A DNA stretch of 64,000 bases, taken from positions 543,151 to 607,150 of the forward strand of contig NW_018408897.1 of assembly GCF_002113885.1 (NCBI RefSeq), written 5' to 3'. Below the pieces are notes generated by a model that was not told the DNA's origin, searched no databases, and saw nothing but the letters and a program-made list of their open reading frames with translations. This document shows, one piece after another, positions 12,335 to 25,440 of the stretch (positions are counted from its first letter, which is position 1; every line of letters starts with the position of its first letter). The position numbers were made by a program, and so were the translations under genes. This DNA comes from Mizuhopecten yessoensis (taxonomy: Eukaryota).

Positions 12335-12545
12335 TGTAACAAGAACAACCAGAGGCCACAATCAGAAACTAGAACAACTAAGGAGTAGAAGTAATCTGCG
12401 TGGCCACTCGTTCAAATTGAGAATTGTAAACAACTGGAATGGTCTCTCTGATCAAGTGGTAAATGCCCCATCTCTGTTTTCCTTTAAGACCAGGTTAAAT
12501 AACACTGGATAAATCACCCCAACAAGTTTGAACCAAGCTTTTACT
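12335..12545 (+). mobile_element. CR1/L2-type LINE ORF2 3' fragment
   Basis: Translates to TRGHNQKL...HSFKLRIVNNWNGLSDQVVNAPSLFSFKTRL, the typical CR1 ORF2 C-terminus. Confidence 0.75.
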
Positions 12546-12969
12546 AACTAGCTGGGGTAACACATACAGGCTTCTCTAATGTCTCATTTAAATTCAGCAT
12601 TTTTTAACCGATGAAACCTTTTAATATCTATGTTTCCTAGTAAAGCCCATTGACAGGTCTGTAACTAATTCACCACAATGTGTGTATCCATACTAAAAAG
12701 TAAAACAACTCTATTTTTTTGAGACTTGTGATCTATACAGGCCTGTCAGTCCTATTTTGAAACTGAATACCCTTATTTTATATAAATCAGGATGCAACTT
12801 TTGTTACCATCCACTGCACATGTACATACTTTTCACTAGTTTTTGAGAAATAAAGTCCTCTTCAAATGCCTCCGAATGCAACCGGAAGTGAAGTGGACAG
12901 TATTAAGAAGCACCTCAAGAAGCGACTAGACGCTTACAACGGTGCCACCTGCAATGAACCAATGAACCA

Positions 12970-13470
12970 ATACTTTGTTCACTGTCTGATATCGTTGTTG
13001 ACCTACATACTTTGTTCACTGTCTGATATCGTTGTTGACCTACATACTTTGTTCACTGCCTTAACTCATTGTTGACCTACATACTTTGTTCACCGTCTTA
13101 TATCGTTGTTGACCTACATACTTTGTTCACTGTCTTATATCGTTGTTGACCTACATACTTTGTTCACTGTCTTATATTGTTGTTGACCTACATACTTTGT
13201 TCACCGTCTTATACCGTTGTTGACCTTCATAATTTGTTCACTGTCTTATATCGTTGTTGACCTTCATAATTTGTTCAGTCTTATATCGTTGTTGACCTAC
13301 ATACTTTGTTCACTGTCTGATATCGTTGTTGACCTTCATTTGTTCAGCGTCTTATATCGTTGTGACCTACATAACTCTTCCCCGTGTCTTACATCGTTGT
13401 TGAACTACACATATACTTTTTTCACTGTGTCATTTATCGTTGTTGACCTTGATACTTTGTTCATTGTCAT
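12970..13470. repeat. ~37-bp minisatellite (atactttgttcactgtcttatatcgttgttgacctac)
   Basis: Visible tandem copies. Confidence 0.9.
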
Positions 13471-13489
13471 CATTTATTGAGACTAGCGC

Positions 13490-14060
13490 TTTTTTAACCT
13501 ACAATCATCAGATGGTTGGCTACTCAAAGCACCATCGTCCGTGGTCCTTGGTCCGTTTGCCAGTCTATCATTCCTTAAACAATTCTTGTCAGCGCTATTT
13601 TTAACAGTTATTGAGGTATTTTTCTCGAATGTCACATGACGGTTTCCTATGTTATGCATATGGAATTTTTGGAATGATCAGGAAAAACTTGCTTGCCGAC
13701 TAGACGCCGTCTTTGATTTTGAGAGTTAAAAGTTTGGTAACGTTTTTCCTCGAAAAGTACCGGAGGGATCTTTTTCAAATTCGATATATATATATATATG
13801 TATATTGTCTTTAGTTACACACGTTTAATTTTTGGACCTATCAGAAGACCAAGATGACTGACAGGCCGCCATCTTGAATTTTGAGATATTCTTAACATTA
13901 CTCCTCAGAAAGTCCTCCAGGGATCTTTCTCAAATTTCCCATGAAGGTTCCCAATCATGAATGGTTCCTTGTTACAAAACTTCATTCATCATTGACAGCA
14001 GTTCTATGTTAATGTACAAGATTCCCATTTAGGATTTCCAACATGGGACTTTAACAAAGT
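13490..14060. mobile_element. Degenerate non-autonomous Helitron/Helentron-type (HINE/pearl-like) element
   Basis: T-run followed by a cgtccgt-type microsatellite head, with internal diverged repeats containing gccgccatcttgaatttt. Confidence 0.4.
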
Positions 14061-15339
14061 GCCAAGAACATGTTCAAAGTATTCTTCCTTCAGTTTGGTT
14101 TTAGTTTCTCCTAAGTTCCTGTTGTTGATCTTTCGTAAAACCCTTGAGCTCGGTTTAGTGATTGTTTGTAGACACTTTGACATACTATTTCTTCTTCACG
14201 TGATGTTGTACTCCTCTTACGGTGTACACACTAGCCACCATATAATTATGTCACACAAATAGTCTCAGCATCTTGCATAAATTATTACTTCATACTGGTT
14301 ATCACAGAAAATTTGGAAACATTATACCTACTAAATGTACCTTTAAAGAGGTTCAGGACATATTTAAATGTTCAGTAAGACAACCACTACATAGGTATCA
14401 CAAAACAACTTTATTTTCTTGAGAGTGACCATCTCAATCCAAATAGGCTACAAATGTCACAACAAATATACACTCAATATATTTATTACTGGAGTCATCA
14501 AAAAGGTCAGCATCATCAATTTCATTGATTATCAGGTAAAGGGAGAAATCACAAGATTTCAACATACCGGTACTCAATAAATTTCTAAATAAATGTAGCA
14601 ATTTCAAAATACAATGTTATCCTTTTAATTTTTTGTTTGTGTAATTCTAAATATGCTGAACACTGTCAAAATCATCAAGAAAAAAAATTGCATTTACTTA
14701 TGAAAAAAAGCTTCTTCACGAACACAAATTGTACGTTGACAAACACAAAGGACAACATCATCAGAATGAAATAAAGGTCTAGAGGATTTATCTGTTTACT
14801 GTGTGAGAGCTTGGATATATACCAGTGTCCAGAGACGTATAATCAAAGTACTGAAAGTACTGAACACACAAACAAGGATGGGACCTGCTTACAGTTTTGT
14901 GAAAGCACATATTCTCAAATATACGTCTCTGCCAAGTCGTCTTACATCATTGCCATTTGGTATATAAATCATTATGTGGATATTGGGTAAATCAGATAAC
15001 TGAACGACGAGGCATAAACCAGAAGACACAGACAGGATATTCTTAACTCAACATTGAGAAGAAATAACTGTCCAGATGTCAGGTATAACCAACACTGCGG
15101 ACAATGAATGCTGGGTGATCTTCTGTAGAACTATTTCTTATGTTTTTTGACCCCTACATATCTCACAAACAGCATTGTTAAACACATCTCTGGAGCCATA
15201 TGACTACCTATATAATACCATACTACCCTACTTGGCTGACAAACAACAACATGACAATAGAGGTAAGCCAATCTAACTTTGATAAAGTGATTTATCCTTG
15301 GGCTTTGCTTGTCTTTACATTTACAGTGATGTTACTTAT

Positions 15340-15648
15340 CAGGGGCGTTTCTAGGATATTTGAAAGAGGGGGCGTAGAATCAAATCTGTCGCCGAGCGGA
15401 GCGAGTCAAAAAAAAATTGGACCTCTTTTTTGCTAAAAAACATAAAATAATTGTGAAATGCACTAATGTAACGGTTCCTGACTTGGAGTATGTATATTTT
15501 ATAGTTAAAGTGTAAGGGTGTTAATGTGTTTAATTAATGAATATGATAAATTGCCATATTCAATACAATATTAGCAGATTACGATATTTTTTAATTTTAT
15601 TTTTTGAAAAGGGTATGCCCATTACGCCCTCACCTGGACCCGCCCCTG
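15340..15648. mobile_element. MITE with CAGGGGCG... terminal inverted repeats (hAT-like)
   Basis: Left caggggcgtttctagg and right cctggacccgcccctg. The 8-bp flanks (ttacttat/caagttat) match only partly. Confidence 0.6.
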
Positions 15649-18572
15649 CAAGTTATGTTATCAGTTACCCTATAATTCAGTATATTACACTTGATTTGCA
15701 ATATGTAAATCTTTTGAGAAACAGGTTATCTCATTTTTTTTATATATTTAATATCTAGGTCTTGTTAGAAAGAGATAATGTAATATTGATCGATATTCAA
15801 GTCTTTGAGAAACAGATTATCTCATTAAAGTTTATGAAATGTATTTCAATCTTGTTTCTCTGTTGTTCATCAAATCAGCCAGTAGATCCTCACTAAATCA
15901 GTACTGGGCTGGGTTTGATCCTCTACCACTATAATATCTGTACTCTACCTTCACAAAGATTTCGTTCTGATGACTGAGAGGACTAAATGGCTACTACTAC
16001 AAGGCATCAAACACGGATACAATTTGGCTAATGTAGGCTAAGTGAATAGCCAGTGAAAATTGGCTAATGTTACAACATATAGGCTAAGTAGATTGCCAGA
16101 ATAAATTGGCTAATGTAACAACAAATAAGATCACCAGTCGTTAAAACACACCGGATCCTAGTAACATACTTCATGCTTTCAATGTTCAAATTTTCATCTG
16201 TATCTGTCATTAAGTCCTATGATAATTATCAGAGATTATTGGCAACGAAATTTCTTCAATATTTCAAATGGCAAGATCAATGTTTCCTTTTATCACGACC
16301 CAAATATATCTATACATGATTTCAAAATTAGAATAAATGCAACAATGCATTTTCGTTTTATATAAATATTTTAACTGATGAATATTTGATGGATGAAATA
16401 TGTTTCTATGATATGTAAATATACCAAATCAGAACATATATAACAAGATATTAGTTTTAAATGCATAATATATAGAATATTGTGGGTGATGTCATTGTCA
16501 TAGAAATGTGTCTATGGAAACATGTGGCCGTACACTATGAATTTACAAGGTGTATGTTATCTAACATAGTGACGTGTGATCTGTACGAATGAGTGTAGGT
16601 CGTAGAATTCGTGTTATACAAAATGTATGTAGCTAAAGTGACACATGTGTATGCATACTGTGTTTTTGTAAACAAGATGTGGCAGACATATTTATAGCAG
16701 GGACAGTATATCACACTATACGTCCCTGGTTATAGTGAGTGTCAGTTTTTTGAGTGACATGTAAACATAAGCATAATGTGTAGTTTAGGTAAGAGTGGCA
16801 CACAGGTAGTTATAGGGTTTTGTGTCAGTAAAGTGACATGTTCTAATATGTATGTATAAGACCAATGACCTCGTGTTTTATAGTGTATGTTGAGTAATGA
16901 AGCACATATGCACAGGTATACATAATAAGTATTTGTATGTAGGTGGCAAATGTGTATAGCCTGTATGTGTTTGTATTTAAAAAAGTTTGCTTTGTGTAAA
17001 ACAATATATATCAAAGTGTGTTTTTAAAGTATAAATAAAAGTTTGTGTAAGTAATTTTTAGTGTAAATAAAAGTTTGTGTAAGTAATTTTTAGTGTAAAT
17101 AAAAGTTTGTTGTGTAATGATTATAAGAGTAAGTGAAGGTGATGCAATGTAGACAAATGTGTGATAAAATATATATAGAGTTCAGCAGTTACAGCATCCG
17201 GAGCATTCTGCATCCAGTTGTCATGGTTACAAATTATATACAAGATTCGTCTGATCTTGAAACATATCTTATCTAATAAAACTTTATTATTCCAAAATTT
17301 CAAAAATAAATGTATCTGATCTTTCATTTTTGTTTGTTTAGGGCTTTTTTTTACTATGAAATTATCTCTCTTTTTTCCGTATTTTAATAGTCCACATTTT
17401 ATCATATCAAATTCAACTAGTACATTTAACCAATTTATGTACAGGATGTAGAACCAAAGATATATCAGATTTTTTGGGTTTTTAACTTCTTCATTATAGC
17501 CTTGAATTGACTTTTTAAACAACAGACGATCCCAATAAAATGTGTGGACTTTCTGCATAAAAATAGTATTTACAACCCATCACATAACACACACAAAGAT
17601 CATTAAAATATCCTTTAAACAGTTTTACCAAAATGGAAAAAAACACATTATCAATTTGGATGGAATCTTTGTATAATTGTATAACAAAATAAAAGTTCAT
17701 ATAAAGGTTGGCTCGGATTGTTCTTATATTTCAAAACAAAAGTGTGCTGTTCCTGCAACAAACGGTTGCATTAACAACATCTTAATGAAATTTTGAAGTT
17801 GTTTAACTTATCTTTTCATAAAAATATAATTATCATAATCCAACACCTGAACATTACTAAACATCTTATTCTTATAACCAAATATATCATAAAACATTTT
17901 CATACCTCTTTCATGATGTTTTCTGATTTGCAAATTTAAAAAATACAATTGATTTTTTTTGAAAATATCCTTTGAAATTTAAAAAGATTTTTTTTCTTTA
18001 AAAAAGTAGATTTAATTTCTTATTTTCGTGAACAAAAACTTGTCTAAACCTTCAAACCTAATCAAAACATCCTCCAGTGAACAAGCAGACAGGAGACCCT
18101 AAATATTAATCTTACTTTATCTAAATGTGACTGAAACCAACTTAAATGTTTTAGAATGAGTATTGTGGAATTGTACACATGATTTGTGTACAAGGTAGTC
18201 TAAGGCAGTCAGGGTTTAGACAAGTTTTTAAAATATGAATAAAATGATAAACCAAAATGCTGTGCCAAAAAATAACAAGCAAAAAAAATGTTGATAAAAA
18301 TAAATATATGTGACTGCCATAGACTACCTACTCTGTTTGGAATTAGTTCACTGGAGGGGAGACAACTCTAGACCAATGACAGCAAAAAAGCTATAAAAAG
18401 TACTTTTGAGCATTTATATCCAAAAATGTCATTGCATAAACGTTTTTTAATCTTTGAATGAATTTAATCTAAATAGAAAATCCATTTATCTTTTAGATTT
18501 ATAGAATATAAACAAAAGTCAAATCCAATTTCACTTAATTTCATAAAAATAAATTCCGCTGTCTCTAATAGC

Positions 18573-18769
18573 TTGTTTGTTTGTGTTTTACGTCCTATTA
18601 ACAGCTATGGTCATTTAAGGACGTGCCAGGTTTTGGTGGTCGAGGAAAGCCGGAGTTCCCGGAGTACCTGGCAACTGCCCCACATAGGTCTCGAACCCGC
18701 GACCCAGTGTTGGAGGGCTAGTGGTAGCAGAATGTCAGACGCCTAAACCACTTGGCCACTGCGGCCCCT
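18573..18769 (-). mobile_element. tRNA-derived SINE with 11-bp target-site duplication
   Basis: A-box TGGCCAAGTGG, B-box GGTTCGAGACC, core ctccggctttcctc and (AAAC)n tail. TSD TCTCTAATAGC at 18562-18572 and 18770-18780. Confidence 0.9.
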
Positions 18770-20509
18770 TCTCTAATAGCAATATTAGTTCTATGTTGGT
18801 ATCAGTGATACTAAAACTCCTATGTTAAAATCCCTTTGCAGTTTAACAAAAGGCATGCAAAATGAATCTTAACAGAAAGTTGTAGTCGATACAAATAGTA
18901 CTTCACCAATCAAACAGATGTAAAATCAGACACATAGCAAGAACAACCAAGAAATAGGCCTTGTCAAATAAAACAAACAAAATGTATAGACTTGTCCAAA
19001 CTGTCTTCTCGGATCATAAGTGAAGCTTGTCAATAGACTGAAGATGGTGTGATTTCAATCCTGTACTGTGGTACATACACAAGTCTTGTTGATGTAAACA
19101 TGACAAATTAATACTCATTGTTAGTTTTGACTATTTGCCACAATTCTGCCAACAACTAGTTGAGTCAGGTCTCAAAAGCTCAGCCAATCAAATTTGAGAT
19201 CTCGATGATGTCAAGTTTTACTGGCTCAGCAAGGTAAGCTCTAAGATAAGCTTTAGTCGAGGGGTTGAGGTAACTCAAGCACTGTTAGGGAAACTGTGGC
19301 AAAGCAGTTTCATGAATGGACGGAATACAGACACAAGTCTGTGGTCAGGGTTAGTATATCATTGTAGTATATCATTGTCATGGCAACACTAGGTAACAGC
19401 TCCTAGTCCCTCTACAACATTTCAAAGAAACTTTTCCGTATCTTTTTGGTCCAAATAACAAAACCTTTTTTTCAAGCTTTAAAATTTATAGATTTTGGTT
19501 AATTTTCATAACAAGGGAACAAATTTGTGAAATAAAAAAACTTTTTTTTAAAAAAAGGTAACAAAATTAACAAGTTATGAATAAATCTAACAAAATAAAA
19601 GCATTTAACAATTTTAACAATTTAGTGTAGTAGTGGAACTAGAGTCCATTCCCCACTGCTGCCTCATACAAACAACGAGAATATAAACTCTATATATAAC
19701 AAATAAAAACTGCACCAACAGAAAACTTAACAACTGTGTATCACAGTCGAGCCATCAACAACAACTTTCACAGTGTTCCTTGTAAACGTAAGAAATCTGT
19801 TCAATGGTACTCGTCATAGTTTGCCTTCCAGCAATCCTTATTGCTGGCTTTGTCATATTATGCACATATAAGATATTACATTATCAATACCTGAATCTCA
19901 AACTCGACTCAGAACAAAGTCATTGAAAGAATCAAGTCTCACACTCGACTGATACTTTATAAAAAGGACTGCATATCTCTGTCGTACAATAATTACAATG
20001 TATAAAATGTATATAAAAAAGTGGAATAACTTGGATCAACTAATATGATCCGGGTCATGAGAAGCTCAGAAATGGCAAATACATGTATAACATAAAAAGC
20101 ATGGAAGAAATGCAGACCCTTTAGTCAAATATAATTAAAAAATCAAGAGTCCTATAAACATTACTCACACTCCAAACTAGTCATCAATAAAAAAAAGTCT
20201 TGATGCTTGTCACACAAGCATCTCGTAAGTTTAGCTAGTATTCACCCCCTGTAACAGTGGTAGGTACGTATGATAACATGAATATGATCAATGAATAAAA
20301 CTAAATGAACTAGTAGTTGCAATTCCAACAAGACTGTCAAAAGACAGCCAGGAACTTGTCGATGACATAAATAGGTGTACAGCTGGCACTGTGTAGGCCT
20401 GGGTAAGGTGTGGGCACTTGGAGATCCATCATAGTTGTCTCCCTTGGTGACAAGATGTCGCCAGAGTTGCTACATCATATATTTCTCATTTCTCATCACG
20501 AAACATGCC

Positions 20510-20519
20510 TCAGCGTGAT
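20510..20519 (-). CDS. Tentative terminal coding exon of the 2DBD-NR (R-S-R-stop), followed by a long 3'UTR
   Basis: Good acceptor (tgttatgttttcatag) about 1 kb after the phase-2 donor gives ag|a tca cgc tga. This is inference only. Confidence 0.4.
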
Positions 20520-21537
20520 CTATGAAAACATAACATAAATAGCGAATATGAAAGAAATGGTGTTAAAATAAACAATCACCTGTATCAACAGTAAGTTTGA
20601 ACCGATATCTATGGAGAGTGTTAGGTAAGTTTAAAGCTGATCTAGTGGAGCGTTGTATGTATCAAACTACAATGCGTAGTGGATCTCAACATTAAGTCAA
20701 ATGAACTTTCAAATATGACAGATGACATGTGGCTGTCAGTTATGGGGATATCCTTTTTTAATATAAGTTTACCTTATTCAGTGAAAACACCCATGTCATA
20801 ATTATGCATATGAATTTAACCTTGATATGACCTATTTTAACCTCATCAAATGTTTAATAGAATCGTCCCCTATCTTGAAGTTGACATGACAATCTCCAAA
20901 CCAAGGGTGATGTGTTTGGTTGTCTAACTGGAGGCTCTGCCAAGGGTTAAACAACCAAATTATCACCCAGATAGTTGGCGCTTCTCTGCTGCACCTTCAA
21001 GTGGGGGATGATTATTTTTCTCCCATCCTATTACTTCAGTCAAAACTCTACCGACAGTATTATAGCATGAGTGTAAACAAAAGCATATGTGGCGTTTCAA
21101 TATCAGCATTAACTTTTTATGACATCAAAATTTAGTGCATGCAATTCTGCACAAGGTTATCTCCCCTTAGTGGGTAACATGTTTATCATTTTTGGCTAAA
21201 AAATTTATAGCAATATCCCATAAAATCTTGAGCACGTGAAAAAAATGGTCTGAAGTCTGTTTCCTTGTCATGAATCTTGTACAAATGTTCCACTTTTGCT
21301 TACCAGATACAGGCTAAAGTATAACATTCTTAAATTTATTCATCAATCTCATATACAATGAAAACGCATGTAAGATCTTATACCTGTGGTACATATTGTC
21401 AATAAGATGCACTTTTATGAGGTGCTGTCCGTGACTAGAGTAAAATCTCCATAGTATTTTTTTCGTACTTACATACATATTTAGTAAAAATTGTCTTTAG
21501 AATGAGGTTTACAATGGACAGTAACAAGAATACATAC

Positions 21538-22774
21538 CTGCTAAAACCATCTGTGGTACTGGTGTAGGTAGGGCTGGGGTGGAGCCGGGGCATGCTACCG
21601 GGGAACTCTGCCTTGATGACCGCTGGGTACTGTTGGCAGTCGGTGTGGATGGGCTCCTGTGGTGGAGGGGAGTACTGACAACTACTGTGGGGGGAGTCAG
21701 GATACATACAGTTAGAGCTGGGACTGGAAGGGTACTGGGCTGAGTGGACCGGGGAGCTATGGAATTGTGGCCCACTGTAGTGAGGGGAGTTGGCTGGGGA
21801 GCTCATGTACTGAGAAGTACTGCCTGGAGACCCAGGACAGGGGTTACTGGGGGAGGGGCAGTACTGACTTGTACTGCCTGGGGAGTGGGGATAGATGGGA
21901 CTGTGGGAGGGGGAGTTCATCTGATATTGGGTAGGATTGATGGGAGAATCTGAAAAGTTGGGTGAGTTTGGGTACTGTACACTGGTGGAGGAGGGGTCGG
22001 GGTATGTAGGGGAGGTGTGGTCAGTGGTGGTCTCCACAGGCATGTGCTGTGGTGGCACTGGACATCCACTCCTGTCCATCATACAAGGGGAGCGGGTGGG
22101 GAAGTTGTTAGGGTAGTAGTTGAAGTTTTGCTGGGGCTGTCGGGGGGTGGTGCAGGGAACTTTGTCCTGAGCCTGGATCGTCTGTTCTGTCTGGAGGTAG
22201 TCCAGAATTTCATCCATTTCTTCCTCCATGAAGGAGAGAGCAGAGGGCTGGGCTGTTGGCTGGTTCTGGCCCATGTTACTGGAAGGAATGGGTGCTGCAC
22301 AGGGGGTCCGGGCTGAGGTGGAGGAAGTGATTGGGGCATGCCAGTTGTTGATGGAGGTGGAGGAGGAGGCAGGGGTGGTCCAGCAGGGGGCTGCCTGGCT
22401 ACAGTGGGAGGTGTTACTGCCCATAGAGCAGTGGTCAGACATGGGGGTCAGTTGGGTATATAGCAGATCTGTGGGCATGGACATCCTCTTGGTGTCTGTC
22501 TGCTCACAGGCTGAGTCATGGGATTCTGTCTTGATCTTCTTGCTTGCCAACAGGAAGCCAATGTAAGATGGTTCGTCGACAGACTTAGAGTCTGATTCGT
22601 GCTGGGACATGGGTGAGCCTGCTCCACTGTCGTAGGAGGAATGAGGAGACATCTCACTCAGGGAGGAGTGAGGACTGTTGCTCTCCTCAGACAGGTCAGA
22701 GAGGTCAGCACCAGGTGAGCATGACAGAAGGCCATCACTGTTATCTGACTTCTTGGGACGACCCATCTTGATGG
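21538..22774 (-). CDS. 2DBD-NR large exon: C-terminal extension (AIKMGRPKK) and Ser/Pro/Tyr-rich low-complexity region
   Basis: Acceptor tcattgcag, then 1237 nt of GC-rich open frame to donor cag|gtatgt. GMSREAIKMGRPKK resembles the NR1-type T/A-box. Confidence 0.9.
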
Positions 22775-23212
22775 CTGCAATGACAATTCAATATTTCACA
22801 AATGTGGTATACTGAGAGAAAAACCAAGTCCTGCCAGGGTATGAGATCCTGTCAGGGCCTTGTACTCTTAGCTGTATTGGGACTACTACAAACCCTAAAT
22901 AGCCCAACAGTTACAACCTCCATATACATATACAATTCCTTTCAGGGCCTTACCAACTTAAATATTTTATTCTTAGACAATATGGAAGTCCTTCCATGCA
23001 GGGCCCTAACCCTGGTAGCCATACATGTACATACAGGGATAAAAAACAATTTGTCTACATCCATGCTTACCATCTGGAGAAAATGAATAGAAAGTCAAAG
23101 TGTCTGTGGCAGCGCTATATCCTGTGACATAGACCAGCTAGGTATAAGGTTGTCACCATGGTGTCCTGTATACTGAGACAGATCATAAAAATGTCTCCCT
23201 TAAGCTAATTAC

Positions 23213-23354
23213 CTTCTCTGGACATTCCGACAGTGATACATTTCTGGTAGCGACAAAAGCGACAGTTGTTCCGATTCCGCGGATTGATGGTACATTTCTT
23301 ATCTCCCTTGCAGACGTAGCTCTGGTTCTCAACCAAACCACGTCGGAAGAATTT
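23213..23354 (-). CDS. 2DBD-NR exon: second zinc finger of DBD2 (KFFRRGL...CRFCRYQKCITVGMSRE)
   Basis: Acceptor tttttcacag and donor aag|gtaatt; 142 nt. Confidence 0.95.
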
Positions 23355-23539
23355 CTGTGAAAAAAGACATAACCAAATGATAGACATTGTATCCAATAGA
23401 TTAAGATATTTATTTTGTTTAAACTTGCAATCTAGGAGACCAGGACATGAGAACGGTTATGAAATTGTCCACTAAAACTGACATAACTATATTGTTTATA
23501 TGATAAAATGTAGACATAATTTAGACTATGGAACCAGAC

Positions 23540-23646
23540 CTTGCATCCTTCACAGGTGTTGACTCCAAAGTGGATGCCGTTGGCAATGTCTCCACACACC
23601 TTACACAACACCTGGCCCTCTGCTGGCTGGACTGTCTCAGGCTTTT
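23540..23646 (-). CDS. 2DBD-NR exon: linker and first zinc finger of DBD2 (KPETVQPAEGQVLCKVCGDIANGIHFGVNTCEGCK)
   Basis: Acceptor tgtattacag and donor aag|gtctgg; 107 nt, phase 1 in, phase 0 out. Confidence 0.95.
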
Positions 23647-23936
23647 CTGTAATACAAAGCTTACATTAACTCACAAAATAAAACTTTGGCTTCGCTATAG
23701 AGGAGGAATAAAATGATTACTTGCTCACGGGAAGAAACAGCTCACCTCACACATAGGAACATGAAGCTCACTTCCCACCAAACAACAAGCTTTAATTACC
23801 TCATAAAATAGGTGTAAATACAAAAACGTTTCCCTTTTCCAAACATACCAGTTTACCTCTAAAAGATATCAAATGCTATTTTACCTCTGAAAAATATAAA
23901 AATATAATACAGCGTTATCATGATCGTTTAGCTTAC

Positions 23937-24081
23937 CTTTACGGCACATTCCTGCCATAAGGCATCGCTGGTAGCGACAGTATTGGCACCGAATGCGGCC
24001 CTGTTTGGCGATGTCACAGTTTCCGTTGCACTGGCAGGTGAAGGTCGGCTCACCCTCCTTGGTGCAGCGGATGTAAAAGCT
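23937..24081 (-). CDS. 2DBD-NR exon: second zinc finger of DBD1 (SFYIRC...CQYCRYQRCLMAGMCRK)
   Basis: Acceptor tatttacag and donor aag|gtaagc; 145 nt, phase 0 in, phase 1 out. Confidence 0.95.
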
Positions 24082-24984
24082 CTGTAAATACATCAACAAT
24101 AAATATGTAGTCCTGGTAATTATCAAAAAATCAGGTAATTAACAAAGCATCAAAGTATCATTCTCACAAAAAATGTCTGCTGGCTTTTCCTGGCAAATTG
24201 TTCATAGCTTAAGTTTTTTATGATGACAGGATTTTTTTGATTTTTATCAAGACAAATTGTGTATTACTAACGAGGATTTCACTTTAGGTCAATAAAAAAA
24301 AAACCATTAATCCACTGAAAAAGTAGTTGTGATTTAAATATTTACAGCTAATACTCATCCAAACAAAGAGTTAGTATACTGATGTATATCAGTTTACATG
24401 TTAGTTATAGTAATCCTTGATTAGCTTGTTTAAACCATAATTGCAAGCTTAGTAAATTTTGGTATCCACGATAAATTGAAATATGCAAGTGCATTTAGGC
24501 AATGGAAGAAGAGAACATTATGGTGAACTTGAACCGCCATTGCCCAGTGCTGTCTGATGTCTGTGTTGTATATAGTCCGGACTCTGCGAGTGGTTTACAC
24601 TCAGTTCTGTATATGTCACATGTTACTATGTAATAATTGTCTCCCTTTATAAGTTTTCTGATCTAGAGAAATACTGCCTGATCAGTGAAGTTGTAACTAA
24701 ACTGAAGCCTCCAGTATCAATGTTTACCATCAATGCTTGATCACCCACCACTGTCGGTATCTATTTTACAGATAATCACCTAATTGGAAATGATATATTC
24801 AGTAAAACTGGTTTAGGGTATATTCCAAGTAATTGTTGAGTATAGGTTTCATAAATATATAAATGAACATCAGTTTATTTTCCTATACAGAATCTGTATG
24901 ATCCTCTACAGCAGACATGTTATAAAACAATACATACAAGTACACCTATATGAAAGTTCGGCTATAGACATCACATGTTTAACA

Positions 24985-25190
24985 AAATATATTAGCTCCG
25001 TAACACCATTTCAATTTCTGATCAATCCAATACTTATCAAGTCTGTTTTTTAAATGTATGTATTGATGGTGCTGAACACTTCCTCTGGAAGACCGTTCCA
25101 TAATTTTACTACATGTAGGGAAAGAAAGTTCTTCCTTATTTGAATGTTGTGGATTATTTTTTTTGGAATGCCCTTTGTACAATGTCGAGG
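24985..25190 (-). mobile_element. CR1-type LINE ORF2 3' fragment, frameshifted
   Basis: KGHSKK...WNGLPEEV...KNRLDKYWIDQKLK is recoverable across frames. Confidence 0.65.
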
Positions 25191-25362
25191 TAATGGTTGT
25201 ATTAATTAATGGTTAATTAGGTTACTCTCAGTAATGGTTGTTTTAATTAATGGTTAATTAGGTTACTCTCAGTAATAGCTGTATCAATTAATGGTTAATT
25301 ATGTTACTCTCAGTAATGGTTGCATTACTTAATGGTTAATTAAGTTACTCTCAGTAACGGTT
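25190..25362. repeat. ~41-bp minisatellite (gtaatggttgtattaattaatggttaattaggttactctca)
   Basis: About 4 copies. Confidence 0.85.
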
Positions 25363-25440
25363 GAGAAAAAGTCATGCCTCGTTTATCAATGACTGGTGAG
25401 AGTATGTACATGACCACCTGTATATTGACATGTATCAGCA

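Noticed and set aside
15960-16410. CTGATGA motifs suggesting hammerhead ribozymes
   Set aside because: No stem II + GAAA + stem III arrangement could be built around them by eye.
16742-17700. ORFs of 61-145 aa on the - strand
   Set aside because: AT-rich, compositionally biased, with no domain or splice support. Likely 3'UTR or intergenic.
18680-18769. tRNA gene
   Set aside because: The A/B boxes belong to a SINE head with an over-long spacer, a SINE body, a tail and a TSD. There is no closed cloverleaf.
19150-19310. Short - strand open stretch (CLSYLNPSTKAYLRAYLAEPVKLDIIEISNLIG) as a possible LBD exon
   Set aside because: No LBD signature, and the phase required by the 21537 donor gives an immediate stop.
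21435-22766. 443-aa ORF as a standalone gene, and the antisense ORFs overlapping it
   Set aside because: It is an internal exon (acceptor at 22775, donor at 21537) whose tail after DGFSR is intron read-through. The antisense ORFs are GC-rich shadows.
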